From positions 97,402,001 through 97,466,000 of the forward strand of contig OX597820.1 in NCBI GenBank assembly GCA_951406725.2: a stretch of DNA of 64,000 nt, read 5' to 3'. The translations under genes and the position numbers were made by a program. This DNA is from Octopus vulgaris. Its lineage: Eukaryota. The notes below the pieces were generated by a model, which was given only the letters and a program-made list of their open reading frames with translations, was not told the origin of the DNA and did no database searches. Shown piece by piece: positions 11,391 through 26,420 of the stretch. Positions within the stretch are counted from its first letter, which is position 1, and every line of letters starts with the position of its first letter.

Positions 11391-11880
11391 CACCTACATT
11401 TATAGTATACCTTGCGTTGCTACTCTTGTAGTTTGTGGTATTACTGATATTACTGGTCTCTCACACACACACACACGTCAAGATAAAGAATTCTCGTGTC
11501 CCACGGTGTGTAGATGAATTTCATTCCCCATCTGCATACTTTTCTAAGGTTAAAAGTTCAAGTTCGAATTCAGAAATATTTTTATTCTTTTCTATTGTCC
11601 TTTTCGAGGGAAGAAACACGTGGGAGTAAAATAGGGCGACTGTGTTGGGAAAATTATCAAAAATTGTTTTTTTCTTTTATGAGAGTTTTTTTATATATAT
11701 ATATATATTTTGAGGGGTTTTGGGTAGGGTAGGAGTTTACAGTGACCGATGGTTGAAGATGTCATTGATTTTATACACATATCTTGACCACGAAAAGGAA
11801 AAAAAAAAGATTTAAAAAAAAAGAACCAGATTTCTCCTGTGAATTACTCAAATTTATACAATCGTACATACATACATCTC

Positions 11881-12780
<900 letters not shown>

Positions 12781-12933
12781 CATAGATATGGATATACATA
12801 CAGATATATATCTTTCTTTTTCTCCCTCTCTTTCTTACTACCAATCCATGTATGTATGTGTGTATGTGTCTGATTGTCTCTCTGTCTGTCAGTCTATATA
12901 TGCAGCTGTGTGTGTGTGTTTGTATGTATGTAT

Positions 12934-15900
12934 CTATCCGCTCAGTCGAAGTCGACTCTCGGTCACTTGTTGGATGAGTGTCCTCCAGTCAGTTCTATCC
13001 TGTGCCGCTTCTTTCAGATTGGCTATGTCCATTCCCGCATTACTCTTGATGGTGTCAAGCCAGCGGGTTCTTGGTCGGCCTCTTCCTCTCTTGCCACTGA
13101 CCATTCCGAGCATGATGTCCTTCTCCAGGGATTTTCTCCGCATAATATGACCGAAATATTCCAATCTATGCTTGGTGATCCTAGCTTCTAGCGACATTTT
13201 CGGCCTGATCTGCTTAAGAACGTCTCCATTGGTGAGCCCCGCTGTCCATGGAATCTGCAAAAGTCTTCTCCAACACCAAAGCTCGAATGCATTAATTCTC
13301 TTCTGGTCAGCTTTCTTTAGTGTCCAGGTCTCGCATCCATATATTGCTATTGGAAAGACAATTGCACTCATCAGTCTGCATTTGGTAGCGAGTCTGATGT
13401 CTCTACTCTTCCAGACCCTGCTCATGCTGACCATTGCCTCTCTGCCTAGTACTATCCGCCGTCTTATTTCTGGAGTGCAGTCACCATCTCGATTTATTTT
13501 GGAGCCATGGAAGATGAAATCATCAACCACTTCAATCTCTTCATTATCGATCTTGATGCTGATGTTTGTTGCGGCTGCTGTTGACATGATCGTTTTCTTA
13601 ACATTGAGGTACAGCCCAAATTTCTCACTCTCTTTCTTGACCAGCAGGACAAGATCCTCCAGATCCTTTCCACTCTCCGCCAGCAGGGTTGTATCATCTG
13701 CATAGCGAAGGTTATTAATATTTCTTCCTCCAATCCTCACTCCAATGCTGCTATCCTCCAGGCCTGCATTCCTCATGACCTTTTCAGCGTACATGTTGAA
13801 GACTGCTGGTGACAGGATGCAACCTTGCCGAGTGCCTTTTCCAATCTCAAACCAATCAGTGTCGCCATATGGTGTCCGTACTGTAGCCTCTTGGTTTTGA
13901 TAGAGTGATCTAATAAGCTGGACAAGGTGTAAAGGTGTTCCCATTTCCTCCAGACATTTCCATAACTTGTCATGATCAATGCTGCCAAAGGCTTGCTCCT
14001 CTCTTAATAGTTGTGTTCAGGCGCTTCTGGATGATTTTAAGGAGAATTTTGCTTACATGGGGGATCAGGGTGATGATCCAGGGTAGTTTGCGCAGTCATT
14101 GGTATCTCTTTTCTTTGGTATTGTGATGAAAACTGACCTCTTCCATTCCCTTGGCCACTTACAGGTTCTCCATATTCGTTGGCAAAGCAATGTTAGTGTT
14201 TTTGTTGGTATTGGCCTGAGTAATTCGAGTGGAATACCATCAGTACCTGGGAATTTTCGGTTGGCCAGCTGTTTCATTGCCCATACCATCTCATCCTCCA
14301 GGATGTCTGGCTCCAGTTCCAGTTCCAGTGGCTTCTCTTCTGCCTGTTCATCGAGGTTGTTCCCTGCATGCAACTGTTCAGTGTACTCTTTCCATCTTTT
14401 CCTGATCCCTTCTTGGTCGTGCAGTTCTTCACCATTTCTCCCTCGGATGGTTGCTTGTCTGGCCATGAATGCTGTACGGGTCTTCTTTACATGTTGGTAA
14501 AGTTCTCTCATGTTCCCTTTCCTGTATGCCTCCTCTGCCCTTGCACATTCCTCATTCCAGTATTTCTCTTTGACCTTCCTGGCGGCCTGTTGGGACATTG
14601 CATTCAGGCGCTGCACTTCATCCCTGCTTCTTGTAATCTTTTCTCTCCTTCTTTCTTCTGCTATTGCAATAGTCTCCCCCGAAATTCACTTTGCTGATCG
14701 TATGGATTTCTTGTACAGTACATGTTTCTCTGCTGTTTCAATGACAATTTCCTTCACCTTCTCCCATATTTCTTCGGCTTCTTGATTCTCTTTTATGGCG
14801 AGCAGTTCGAAGCGGTTTCTGATCTCAGCAGCATATGCTGGACCGATCTTGCTGATATTAAATTTCTGCTAAGCGGGTGGTCGCTTGACCTGTAGAGTCG
14901 CATCTTGATCTTGGCAACCAGAAGTTCATGGTCAGATCCACAGCCTGCCCCAGGGAACGTCTTCACAGCTTGGACTGAACTCTTCCACCGTTGCTGACAT
15001 AGGATGTAGTCGATTTGATTGCGGTACTGTCCACTTGGTGACGTTCAGGTGTATAACCTTCTTCTTGGTTGCTGAAACCAAGTATTGGTTAACCGCATGT
15101 GTTGTTCTTGACAAAATTGTACCAGTCGATCTCCTGCTTCATTCCGTTCTCCTAATCCAAATTTGCCAACGATGTCTGCTTCTGCCCTTTCTCCAATTTT
15201 GGCATTGAAATCTCCCAGAATATACACAACATCTGCTCGTGGTGTTTCCTCGATTGCGCCCTGAATTTCTGCATAGAATTGTTCAATCTCATCTTCTTCG
15301 GCGTCGGCAGTTGGTGCGTAGATTTGTAGCAATGTGATGTTGTTGAGTTTGGCTTTGATGCGAATGGTAATCACTCGATCACTCATGGTCTGGTAACTTT
15401 CAACGCACTTGGATATTTTCTTGTATAGAACAAATCCCACTCCATGTTGTCTGGTCTTACTATTGCCTGAAAAGTACATTGTATGATCACCAGAGTTGAA
15501 GAAACCATTGCCAGTCCAATGAACTTCGCTGACTCCCAGGATATCGATGTTTAACCGATTCATTTCTTTATTGATGGTGTCCAACTTCCCAATGTTCATC
15601 CCCCTTACATTCCATGTTCCAATTTTTGTGACTTTTGTGCAGCGCAGGGATCTCAGTTCGCTGGTGGCTACATCAGCAGGCAGGTGTCCAGAAGGATTTG
15701 TCCCATCTGCGTCATCAATACCGCCGCTATTATGATTATCCTTGTGCTCTTCCCCAGTAGTCAATGTGGTATCTCGCTGCCCGAGGGTCCCACTGTTTGG
15801 TACCATCATATTAGAATTCTTACACTTTTGATCCATAGAGTATATTGGCCAGGATACTGGGGTAGGTGGCCAAGTCTTTCCCCAGGCCAGAGCCGTTTAG

Positions 15901-15978
15901 CCAGCATACTTACCATATGCTGTTGCCACCCCCAGCACCAGGGTGAGGAGAACGGTTGGGCTTTGGAGGGGGTGGGGG
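12934..15978 (-). mobile_element. Near-full-length RTE-clade (BovB-like) LINE, inactivated
   Basis: APE domain (IGTWNVRGM, LGVSEVHW, GDFNAKIG) in 15045-15836. RT with GTRQGCILSP and LRYADD and RTE C-terminus (YGCETW, RGRPRTRWLD) in 12934-13944. Frameshifts and an internal deletion near 14000; stop abuts a (CATA)-type tail. Confidence 0.95.
15891..15978 (-). ncRNA. HDV-like ribozyme candidate at the RTE 5' end
   Basis: Minus strand: P1 ACCCCCA/TGGGGGT, loop TCCTC with GG after P1, P4 CAGCATA/TATGCTG, J4/2 GCTAA, P2 CCGT/ACGG; P3 imperfect. Confidence 0.6.
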
Positions 15979-16081
15979 TAATATCCTTGGCAATTATGTT
16001 ATTTTTTAGCTATCCTTGTAACTATTTATTTTATCCGTGTTATTTTTACCCATTGAAAAAGTACACATACATTTATATGTG

Positions 16082-16122
<41 letters not shown>

Positions 16123-16366
16123 ACACACACATTTAGCTGCACCAAATTTGAAAATTTGAAAAAGAAACCTCTGCTCTGGTAACTAGATGTCAAAGCAATT
16201 GCTCCGCCACTTAAATATAAATGGGGTATACCTGGACTTCACCAAGGATCTAATCTGTTGTTATCTGTTTAAGCTACATTCAGAAGAATTGACGGATCAT
16301 AACATTCATGTTTGCGTACGAAAAAGAAAAGGGATATGGACGATATATATATATATATATATATAT

Positions 16367-16522
16367 GGAGTGGCTGTGTGGTAAGTAGCTTGCTAACCAA
16401 CCACATGGTTCTGGGTTCAGTCCCACTGCGTGGCATCTTGGGCAAGTGTCTTCTGCTATAGCTCTGGGCCTACCAATGCCTTGTGAGTGGATTTGGTAGA
16501 CAGAAACTGAAAGAAGCCTGTC

Positions 16523-16586
<64 letters not shown>

Positions 16587-16805
16587 TTGTGTGTCTGTGT
16601 TTGTCCCCTTAGCATTGCTTGACAACCGATGCTGGTGTGTTTACGTCCCCGTCACTTAGCGGTTCGGCAAAAGAGACCGATAGAATAAGTACGGGGCTTA
16701 CAAAGAATAAGTCCCGGGGTCGATTTGCTTGACTAAAAAGGCGGTGCTCCAGCATGGCCGCAGTCAAATGACTGAAACAAGTAAAAGAGTAAAAGAGTAA
16801 AAGAG
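16367..16805 (+). mobile_element. tRNA-derived SINE family A with internal microsatellite (representative full copy)
   Basis: A box TGGCTGTGTGG, B box GGTTCAGTCCC, CORE-like CTTGGGCAAGTGTCTT, internal (TA)n/(TG)n, tail ACAAGT(AAAAGAGT)n; about 20 copies or fragments in the window. Confidence 0.9.
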
Positions 16806-16875
<70 letters not shown>

Positions 16876-16901
16876 TACACATATATATATATATATATAT
16901 G

Positions 16902-16932
<31 letters not shown>

Positions 16933-17103
16933 GCACACACACACAAAAAAACTATTTACCGTTAGGAGCAGGCGTGACGGTGTGATGAGCTTGCTTCCCA
17001 ACCACACGGTTCTGGGTTGAGTCCTACTGCGTGGCACTTTGGATAAGTGTCTTCTACTATAGCTTCGGGTCGACCAAAGCCTTGTGGGTGGATTTGGTAG
17101 ACG

Positions 17104-17450
17104 GTATTTCGTCTGCCGCTACGTTCTGAGTTCAAATTCCGACGAGGTCGACTTTACCCTTCATCCTTTCGGGGTCGATTAAATAAGTACCAGTCACGCA
17201 CTGGGGTCGATGTAATCGACTTAATCCGTCTGTCCTTGTTTGCCCTCTCTGTGTTTAGCCCCTTGTGGGTATTAAAGAAATAGGCATTTCGTCTGCCGTT
17301 ACGTTCTGAGTTCAAATTCCGCCGCGGTCAACTTTGCTTTTCATCCTTTCGGGGGCGATTAAATAAGTACCATTTACGCACTGGAATCGACTAAATCCCT
17401 TTGTTCGTCCCCTCTGTGTTTAGTCCCTTGAAGGCAATAGAGAAATAAAT
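17104..17450 (+). mobile_element. Two head-less SINE family B units in tandem
   Basis: The ~180-bp unit tatttcgtctgccg...aaagaaatagg occurs twice. Confidence 0.85.
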
Positions 17451-17614
17451 CTATATGAATGGTTTTGTATACGACTTTGTATATATATACTGTGTGTGTA
17501 TGTATATATATATTATTTTACTTGTTTGAGTCATTTGACTATGTCCATGCTGGAGCACGCCTTTAATGATTTTTTAGTCGAACAAATCATCCCCAGAGCT
17601 TATATACATATCTA

Positions 17615-17701
<87 letters not shown>

Positions 17702-17710
17702 ATCTATCTA

Positions 17711-17752
<42 letters not shown>

Positions 17753-19388
17753 TAGATAGATAGATAGATAGATATACATTTAAGTACATATCTGCAAGCA
17801 TACAGTGTGATCATGCGGCACGATTATAGCTGCATTAAAGTTGAAAGAGATCCTATTAGATCGATTATTATTGTTTTATTTAAGGTTATAATTCCAAAGA
17901 TCTTTATGTTGATGTTTCAATTTCACGTCAGCCCTCATCAGGCAGACCTTTAATTAAAAACTTTCGGCTTCGACTATCCTACCATTCTAGTGGTATCTGG
18001 GTCTAGATCATTCAATGTAGTCTTTCTTTTTAAAGATTATAAGGTGTGAGTTGAGAGATATTTGCTTACTATTTCTAGCCGCCGTATTGGCAACATTGGA
18101 GATGCCTAAATCTAGAATTATAGTTCAATAACTATATTTAATACGCAGAAACACCTAAATCTAGACAAAGTGAATGGGGTGGGGGTGCTTTTGTTTGTGG
18201 TCGAATTAATTTGTGAATAAATAAACAGTTCTAGATGTTGACCTAACAGAACAGAACAACATCTAAGACCAATGTCTTAAGAGAGCTGACCTGCCGAATC
18301 AAAAATCTTTTTTCCAGGGAAAAGGACAAATGAATAAATGAAAAAATAAGTTAAGAGAACCAGTTTAAAATTCAGATCACTTATCGTACAAATGGTAAGA
18401 ACTGTAAAGTTTTTTCTTGCATCTATTTCTTTAAATGGCTTAGATAAAGTTGCACCCACGGCTATTCAGTTCCCCCTCCATCACCGCTTGACGATCGGTA
18501 TTGGTGTGTTTATGTCCCCGTAACTTAGCGGTTCGGTAAAAGACACCAATAGAATAAGTACTAGGCTTTAAAAAATGTCCTGTGGGTCGATTTGTTCGAC
18601 TAAAACCATTTAAGGCAGTGCTCCAGTATGGCCGCAATCAAATGACTGAAACAAGTCAAAGAATAAAAGAATGAAAGAATATCCGTCTCTTTTGCCGGAC
18701 CACTAAAGTTCAGACATAAACAAACGAACAGCGGTCATCAAGTGTCGGAGGGGGACAAACACAATGCAAACACTCACACCTACATATATAGTATACCTTG
18801 TGTTGTTACTGTTACTGCCTGGAAGGAGGAAGTTGTCTTCAAGCTGGAAGCCTAGCCTGAATACCTGCATGAGAGTAAATGTCCCTAAGGACAAGTAAGG
18901 ATGTTAAACCAGATGATAGTTTTAGTTTACTATTCAAGAATAGGTATAACTCACTAAACGGGATTCCGTACAGTTTCCATCTGCTAAACTTCTCTCACAA
19001 AGCTTTGTCCGACTTAATTCTATGAAAAGAGACACTTACCCAAGACACGGCAAAGTGGGTATCTAACCCGAAACCACGTATATGCGAAGGGAACTTCTTA
19101 TTCACGCGACCATGTCTGTGCCAGCTTTCACTAATGTTAGGAGTGTTCATAAGAGGGTTTTATTTTATTTTATTTTATCTAGTTTCAGCTCACGAGCTGT
19201 GGCCATGCTGGGGCACCGCCATTGTTTATTAAGTTTAAATACTATGAAAAGCGAAAATCTAACGTTTTGGGATCTCGCTCTTCGTCGACGAGTGAGGAAG
19301 AAAGAGATGAGAAAGCGGTGTTGAGTTTTTTTGGTTGTATATCTTAGGATTGGTGAAGGAATTGAAATGAAAGAGCAATGTGATATGA

Positions 19389-19438
<50 letters not shown>

Positions 19439-19887
19439 CGAGTGTGTATGTGTTCGTGTGTGATTGTGTGTGTAATGTGGTGAGTGAGGGATGAAAGCTA
19501 GGAGAGTGGTGGCGTGAAACCAAGAAGATATGAGGATGAGGTGGATGAGAGTAGAAGTGACGAGGGTGGCTAGATTAATCAAAGTTTGAGGATATCAAAG
19601 TCCACATCCGGATGGATGGCAATAAACATCTGTTGTAATGTTTATAAACAACACTAACAACAACGGCAACAGCAACAATGACAATATCAATGAAGACGAC
19701 AAAGATAAGAACAGCAACAGCATCAAAGACAATCACCACCAACAACAACACCAACTAGAACAAGCCAACTGGAACACCACCGCCAGCAGTGGATAATGTA
19801 AACCTGTTAAATAACCGTTTAGAACTAGGGTATCGTGTTTACATAGCACTACCCGTACCTTCAAATATTTTAGAAAATAATATTTTG

Positions 19888-21136
19888 CGAGGGACGTTCA
19901 ATAAGTACTGCCCCTGATCCACTTGCAGTTGTTTGATCTAGCTGAAATTTTGCATGTGCAAATTTTTATGTCTGAACTAATTGTGGTTTCTGATTTACAG
20001 GTGTTTGAACTGAGTCAAGTGTGAAATGGAGCCTGTTGAGCGTCGAGCAGTGATCCGGTTTTTGTATTTGAAAGGACGCACACCACGGGAGACTTTTGAT
20101 GAAATGAAAGTAACTTATGGTGATGATGCCCCATCATATGATCTTGTAAAACGCTGGCATCGTGAATTCAAACATGGTCGGAACTCTGTGGAAACAGCTC
20201 CCAGATCTGGTCACCCCCCTTCTGCCATTGATGAGGCATCTGTCCGTCAAGTTGAGGCTGCCATTTTGGAAGATCGACGCATAACTATTCGCCAAATAGC
20301 CCATGAGGTCAAGATTAGTACCGGGTCTGTGGAAACTATCATTCATGACCATTTGCATATGCAAAAGGTGTCTGCCAGACGGATTTCCAGGTTGCTCACA
20401 CCTTTCCAGAAGCAAGAACGCGTCGAGTGCTCGAGGATGAATTTGGAGATGTGCCAAGAAGATGAATCAAAATTTTTCAAAAGACTGATTACACAGGATG
20501 AAACCTGGGTCCATCACTATGATCCAGAGACCAAAGCCCAGTCAATGCAGTGGAAGCACCGTGACTCACCTCCTCCAAAGAAGGCAAGTGTGCAGCCCTC
20601 CGCTGGCAAGGTCATGCTCACAGTCTTCTGGGACCAGAACGGAGTAGTGATGACAGATTTCCTGGCAAAGGGTACCACAATTACAGGAGCCTATTATGCT
20701 TCACTTTTGAGGAAATTAAGAGAAGCTATCAAAATCAAGAGGCGGGGCAAGATCAGCAAAGGCATCCTCCTCCTGCAGGACAACGCTCTGGTCCACAACT
20801 CGCGTGTCGCCAGATCAGAAGCACATGCGTGCGTCTATGAACTCCTCCCCCATCCCCCTTACTCTCCTGATTCTCTGATTTTTCCAGCCATGAAGTTGTT
20901 TTTGAAAGGAAAGCGTTTCCCAGATGATGCAGCCTTGATTTCTGAAGTCACGTCGTGGTTGGAGGACCAAGCTGGGGTCTTCTACAAAAACGGTCTCCAG
21001 AGCTGCATCAAACGATGGGAGAAATGCATAACTCTGGGTGGTTCCTATGTAGAAAAAGACTAATAACTGTGCCAAGTTTCGTTGCTCTACTGCTATGGGA
21101 AGTGGGTCAGAGGCATTACTTATTGAACGCCCCTCG
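19888..21136 (+). mobile_element. Full-length mariner transposon (irritans-like), 1249 bp
   Basis: TIRs CGAGGGACGTTCAATAAGTA / TACTTATTGAACGCCCCTCG; TA on the right, TG on the left; encloses the transposase ORF. Confidence 0.95.
20026..21063 (+). CDS. Mariner transposase, 345 aa, open frame but third catalytic Asp missing
   Basis: HTH N-terminus, TQDETWV and QDNA present; HPPYSPDSLIFP replaces YSPDLAPSDF-LFP; WVP motif reads RIS. Confidence 0.85.
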   Translation: MEPVERRAVIRFLYLKGRTPRETFDEMKVTYGDDAPSYDLVKRWHREFKHGRNSVETAPRSGHPPSAIDEASVRQVEAAILEDRRITIRQIAHEVKISTGSVETIIHDHLHMQKVSARRISRLLTPFQKQERVECSRMNLEMCQEDESKFFKRLITQDETWVHHYDPETKAQSMQWKHRDSPPPKKASVQPSAGKVMLTVFWDQNGVVMTDFLAKGTTITGAYYASLLRKLREAIKIKRRGKISKGILLLQDNALVHNSRVARSEAHACVYELLPHPPYSPDSLIFPAMKLFLKGKRFPDDAALISEVTSWLEDQAGVFYKNGLQSCIKRWEKCITLGGSYVEKD

Positions 21137-21139
21137 TAT

Positions 21140-22880
21140 TATTCCTGAATTTTTAAATCTTAAAATATACCTCTTAGTTTTAAAACCAATGCATAAATAG
21201 CATACCCTGCAACATTAATTTTTTAGTCAAAACTATAGACAAATTGAGTAAATAATTTTTAATTTCTAAAATTATCGCATTTATTCTATAAATTTCATCT
21301 ATTGAAGTTACTAAGTTGTATACATACTCCATCAAAATTTTAGGGATTTAGCTATTTTCACATTTGTTTCTATGATGTTTCTACTCTACCTAATCTTTTT
21401 CAATACTCTATAATTACCTTTATATAAGTCTAAATTGTTGTACCCCTATATAGCCATACTTAACTTATAATAAACAATATAGGTATCTTCAAAAATTTAA
21501 AAATTTAAATGCCAACATTTTAACTGCCTAAATTAAGATTTAACTAATTTATAATATATTTGTTCACTCATCTAAATGGTAAATATCCATGAAAGCCTTA
21601 TACAAAAAGTGACGTATTATTCTAAATCACCGTGATCACCGTGACCGACCAGGCTATCAGATGTAGTTACACATCTCTGGTCACAATGCGTTCGCATTGT
21701 TTTAGCCTTCAAATGACGCCACCCCGCTGGCTAAGCGAGCAGGCCAACAGAAGAAAGAGTGAGAGAAAGTTGTGGTGAAAGAGTACAGCAGGGATCACCC
21801 CCCCCTGCTGGAGCCTCATGGAGCTTTTAGGTGTTTTTGCTCAATAAACACTCACAACGCCCGGTCTGGGAATCGAAACCGCGATCCTACGACCGCGAGT
21901 CCGCTGCCCTAACCACTAGGCCATTGCGCCTCAATTATTCTAAATAGTTTCAGTAATACAGTTTTTCATCCCTTTTTCTTAAGATGTTTCATTCCCTTAA
22001 TTTTGATAATTAAATTGATTTTAAATAGCCCCTCCAAATAAGAACTCTTTAAAAACTATAATATTACTTATATCTCCACTAAATTTTAAAATTAAATAAA
22101 TAAATTAAATTTTAATCAAATCAGTATATAGTGGACGTGTTTTTTAACCTCAGTTACTCTTATTAAATATTAAATATTAGTTAAATCCATTTGATCAATC
22201 TCCACAGAAACCTTATAATAAGTAAAGTTTTTAGATAAGTTAAGAAGTATATAAACATTAATCTATTTATTTCTTTGCATTTTTCTGTTACCTCCCTCCA
22301 TTGTAGTTAAAGGATGTTGGTATACAAGTCAATTGTGGTATCCTGTTTGTTAAAAGTCTCATTCTTAATAATCTTCTTGGTTACCCTAAATAATACTTTA
22401 TAACCTTATACAGCATGATAACATTGAAAAGTTTTTGAAGGAATTACTTGATTTCTCTTTCTCTCAGATAGCTCTACCCTCCTGAGCTTAGTATGTATAA
22501 AGAGCTTTATATAAAAAACATTTCTAAATAAGTACCAATTAGAAAATATAAATATCATGTAAGGTATAATAATAACAATTTGATTAAACCTATAATAAAC
22601 ACTTCATTTTATAAAAAGATTAGATGATAATAATTTTTTTGTTCCATAACTTAATTATTTCTTTAGGCGACATTAAACACCAGTCTTTTATAGATATTAT
22701 CGTGACAAGTAAATATAATTTTTAGTCTAACATTTTGAATTATTAAATTTTTTCTAAAAATATCTTACCTATTGATGTGAATAAGCTAAATACACCTTAC
22801 CACAGTTTTGGTATATAAGCCATTTTACCCCTTTTCTATAATGTTCTACAAATGATTATTTATTTTATTTTATTTTTAAA
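21140..22880 (-). pseudogene. Very degraded AT-rich retroelement remnant, possibly Penelope-like (GIY-YIG)
   Basis: Scattered minus-strand peptides YGYIG (~21450), KGYK-like (~22400) and FIHTKLRR (~22490); no long ORF; interrupted by a SINE. Confidence 0.3.
21628..21931 (-). mobile_element. tRNA-derived SINE family C, full copy
   Basis: Minus-strand head AGGCGCAATGGCCTAGTGGTTAGGGCAGCGG...GGTTTCGATTCCC; near-identical copy at 35067-35360. Confidence 0.9.
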
Positions 22881-22889
22881 ACTAGCTTC

Positions 22890-23370
22890 TCACAGCTCGT
22901 CTTTCCAGCATTCACATCGTCTTGGCTTAACAGCCCTCACCGTTTGTTTCTACTGTCTTGTTCTCTCTGTCTGTTTTTGTTACCACTTTCACCCTCCGGA
23001 AAAAATCCCAAATTTTATTTAATTTGCTTTGCGGGAAGGACTGCTTCAACGAAGTCGCGTATTGTCCTTGCCTTCGGAGCGCGGAGTAGATGAAACAGGG
23101 ACAACTAATGAAGGGAATGTTCTTTATGTTGCATGTCTCGGTTCTCTGTTTATTTTTTCGTTGTTCGAAAAAAAGTTCGTTTTCTGTTTTTGTTTTTGTT
23201 TTCGTCTCTCATTATGTCCACGTCTTTTTGATGTCCTGTACCCATATATGCATGCATATATACATATATATGTAGGTATGTACATATATGTATGTATATA
23301 TGCATATATTTATATATTATTCACATTATTATATGATCGAACGCCACGCATCCTTTTCCAAGTAAGTATA
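22890..23370 (+). mobile_element. Family P interspersed repeat
   Basis: Close match to 36780-37235; ends in (TA)n. Confidence 0.75.
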
Positions 23371-23405
23371 TATATATATATATATATATACACTCACAAA
23401 TGATA

Positions 23406-23452
<47 letters not shown>

Positions 23453-24257
23453 AATGATAGTGCATGTGTGTATGTATGTCGATATGTCACAGAAATGTTA
23501 ATTTTTGAAATCTGCAGCCCAGCGACAAGGTCTTCGGTTATAATTAATTAAAAATATAATTTTCTACGAGAAATAACAACTTTTAAATCGGCAAATCTAT
23601 CACTCTTTATCTGTTTCTATCTAGCTCTCTCTGTCTTGTCTCTCTCTATATATTTACCACACTCTTTATCACTCTCTCTCTCGCTTGCTTTGTATACGTA
23701 TATCTCTCTTGCATGCTACTTCCCCTCTCTCTTGCATGCTCTCTTGATGTGGTACGCAATTGTTTTCATTTTGTTTAAAACTTCGTTGCTGTATTTTACT
23801 TTCATTTTGTCATAGACAGCTATCACGCAAGAAATGATAGCTTTCAAATCTTGTTTTCTGATTGGGTAAAAATTGTCAAACTTTAAAACCAATGAAACAT
23901 TTTTATAAAATTTTTCTGGATTAAATAAATCACAAACTCGGATTCAGCGTGAAAAGTACATTAATATACCAAATTCGAAAGTTCTCACTTAATTTTAGAA
24001 TTTAAAAATCTGTGACAGCAACAGAAAAGATCCATCTTTACCACACCCTCTTTCACTCTTTCTCTGTATATGGATATCTCTCACGCTGTGTATGTGTGTG
24101 TGTGTAAGGAATTTCATTGAGGCGACAGAGTCGAAGGACCCTCATCTATTTAGAAGTCTGGAGTCGGGCACGCCCTGTACAAGTAACCTAGAAATGACTC
24201 TTCTTGTTCCATAAGTTTGGATTACTAAGAACTTAATATTAGACCATGGTATTAACA

Positions 24258-24293
<36 letters not shown>

Positions 24294-24464
24294 TACATAT
24301 ATATACACGCACAAATACATACGTATATACACACATACATACAAACACCTGCATATTCATTCATATACACTGATACGTATACAAAAGTCAACAAGGAACC
24401 TTGTTCGACCTTCTAGAAAGAGTATCAAGACCTCACTCAAATCATATCGTTTTACATATACTCA

Positions 24465-24659
24465 ATTACTTGTTTCAGACATTTGACTGTGGCCATGCTG
24501 GAGCACCGCTATTAGTCGAGCAAATCGACCCAAGGACTTATTCTTTGTAAGCCTAGTACTTATTCTATCGATCTTTTTTGCCGAACCGCTAAGTTACGGG
24601 GACGTAAACACATCAGCATCGGTTGTCAAGCGATGTTGGGGGCACATAGACACACAAAC

Positions 24660-24738
<79 letters not shown>

Positions 24739-24836
24739 ACACACACACATATATATATATGTACATATATACGACGGGCTTCTTTCAGTTTCCGTCTACC
24801 AAATCCACTCACAAGGCTTTGGTCGGCCCGAGGTTA
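24465..24836 (-). mobile_element. SINE family A, 5'-truncated
   Basis: Body and tail match the family A consensus. Confidence 0.85.
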
Positions 24837-25334
24837 TACATCTAGCAACACAAAATACACAGTGGATGGTCGGAGTTGGAACGCCTTTAATCATAGGTCT
24901 GCTCGAGCAGGACTGGAAGTAAATAACAACAATAACAGCAACAACAACAAAAACACATACACAAAGAAATCCAAAGTGTGTTAGTATTTGTCATTATGCG
25001 TCATCAATTGTTTGTTAATAAACTAGAAATATTTTGAATTGTTGCCCTTAATATTTTAATGCGACGTATTTTACCGTAAAATATAAACATGGAAGCTAAA
25101 CAAAAGTTCAAATAACAAAATTCTGAAATGTTAATGATTCCAAATATCGGTTAGAAATAAATTAAAACAAGCAAGGTTAGCATAGCTACAGTGTTATGAA
25201 CAGAGCAAATGCGAACAGTCTCGGCGCAATATTGCGCCGTTTCTAGGTGTTATTATAATTCCTTATTATTATTATTATTATTATTATCATTATTATTATT
25301 ATTATCATTATTATTATCATTATTATTATTATTA

Positions 25335-25986
<652 letters not shown>

Positions 25987-26372
25987 ATTATTATAAAGGC
26001 GGCGAGTTGGCAGAATCGCCGGGCAAAATGCTTTGAGGTATTTCGTCTTCCGCTACGTTCTCAGTTCAAATTCCACCGAGATCGACTTTACCTTTCATCC
26101 TTTCGGGGTCGATCAAATAAGTACCAGTGAAACACTATTAGTATTTATAAGGTGGCGACGTAACAAAATACGTTATCAAGCCGAGTAAAATGCTTAGCAG
26201 AAATTCTTCCATCTTTATATTCTGAGTTCGAATTCCACCGAAGTCTACTTTGTCTGTCATCCTTTCAGGGTCGATAAAACATGTACCAGTTAAACACTGG
26301 TGTTGGTGTAATCGATTTCTCCTCTCTCCTCAAAAACTGGTGGCCCTGTGTCAAATCTAGAAACCATCATCA

Positions 26373-26415
<43 letters not shown>

Positions 26416-26420
26416 GATTG

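Noticed and set aside
13172-14785. Plus-strand ORFs overlapping the RTE
   Set aside because: Antisense shadows of the retrotransposon coding sequence.
17915-17950. CTGATGA...GAAA on the minus strand
   Set aside because: Stems I, II and III do not pair; looks like a SINE-tail remnant.
23485-24030. Possible MITE with TGTCACAGA/TCTGTGACA ends
   Set aside because: Inverted match too short and no TSD visible; cannot be supported.
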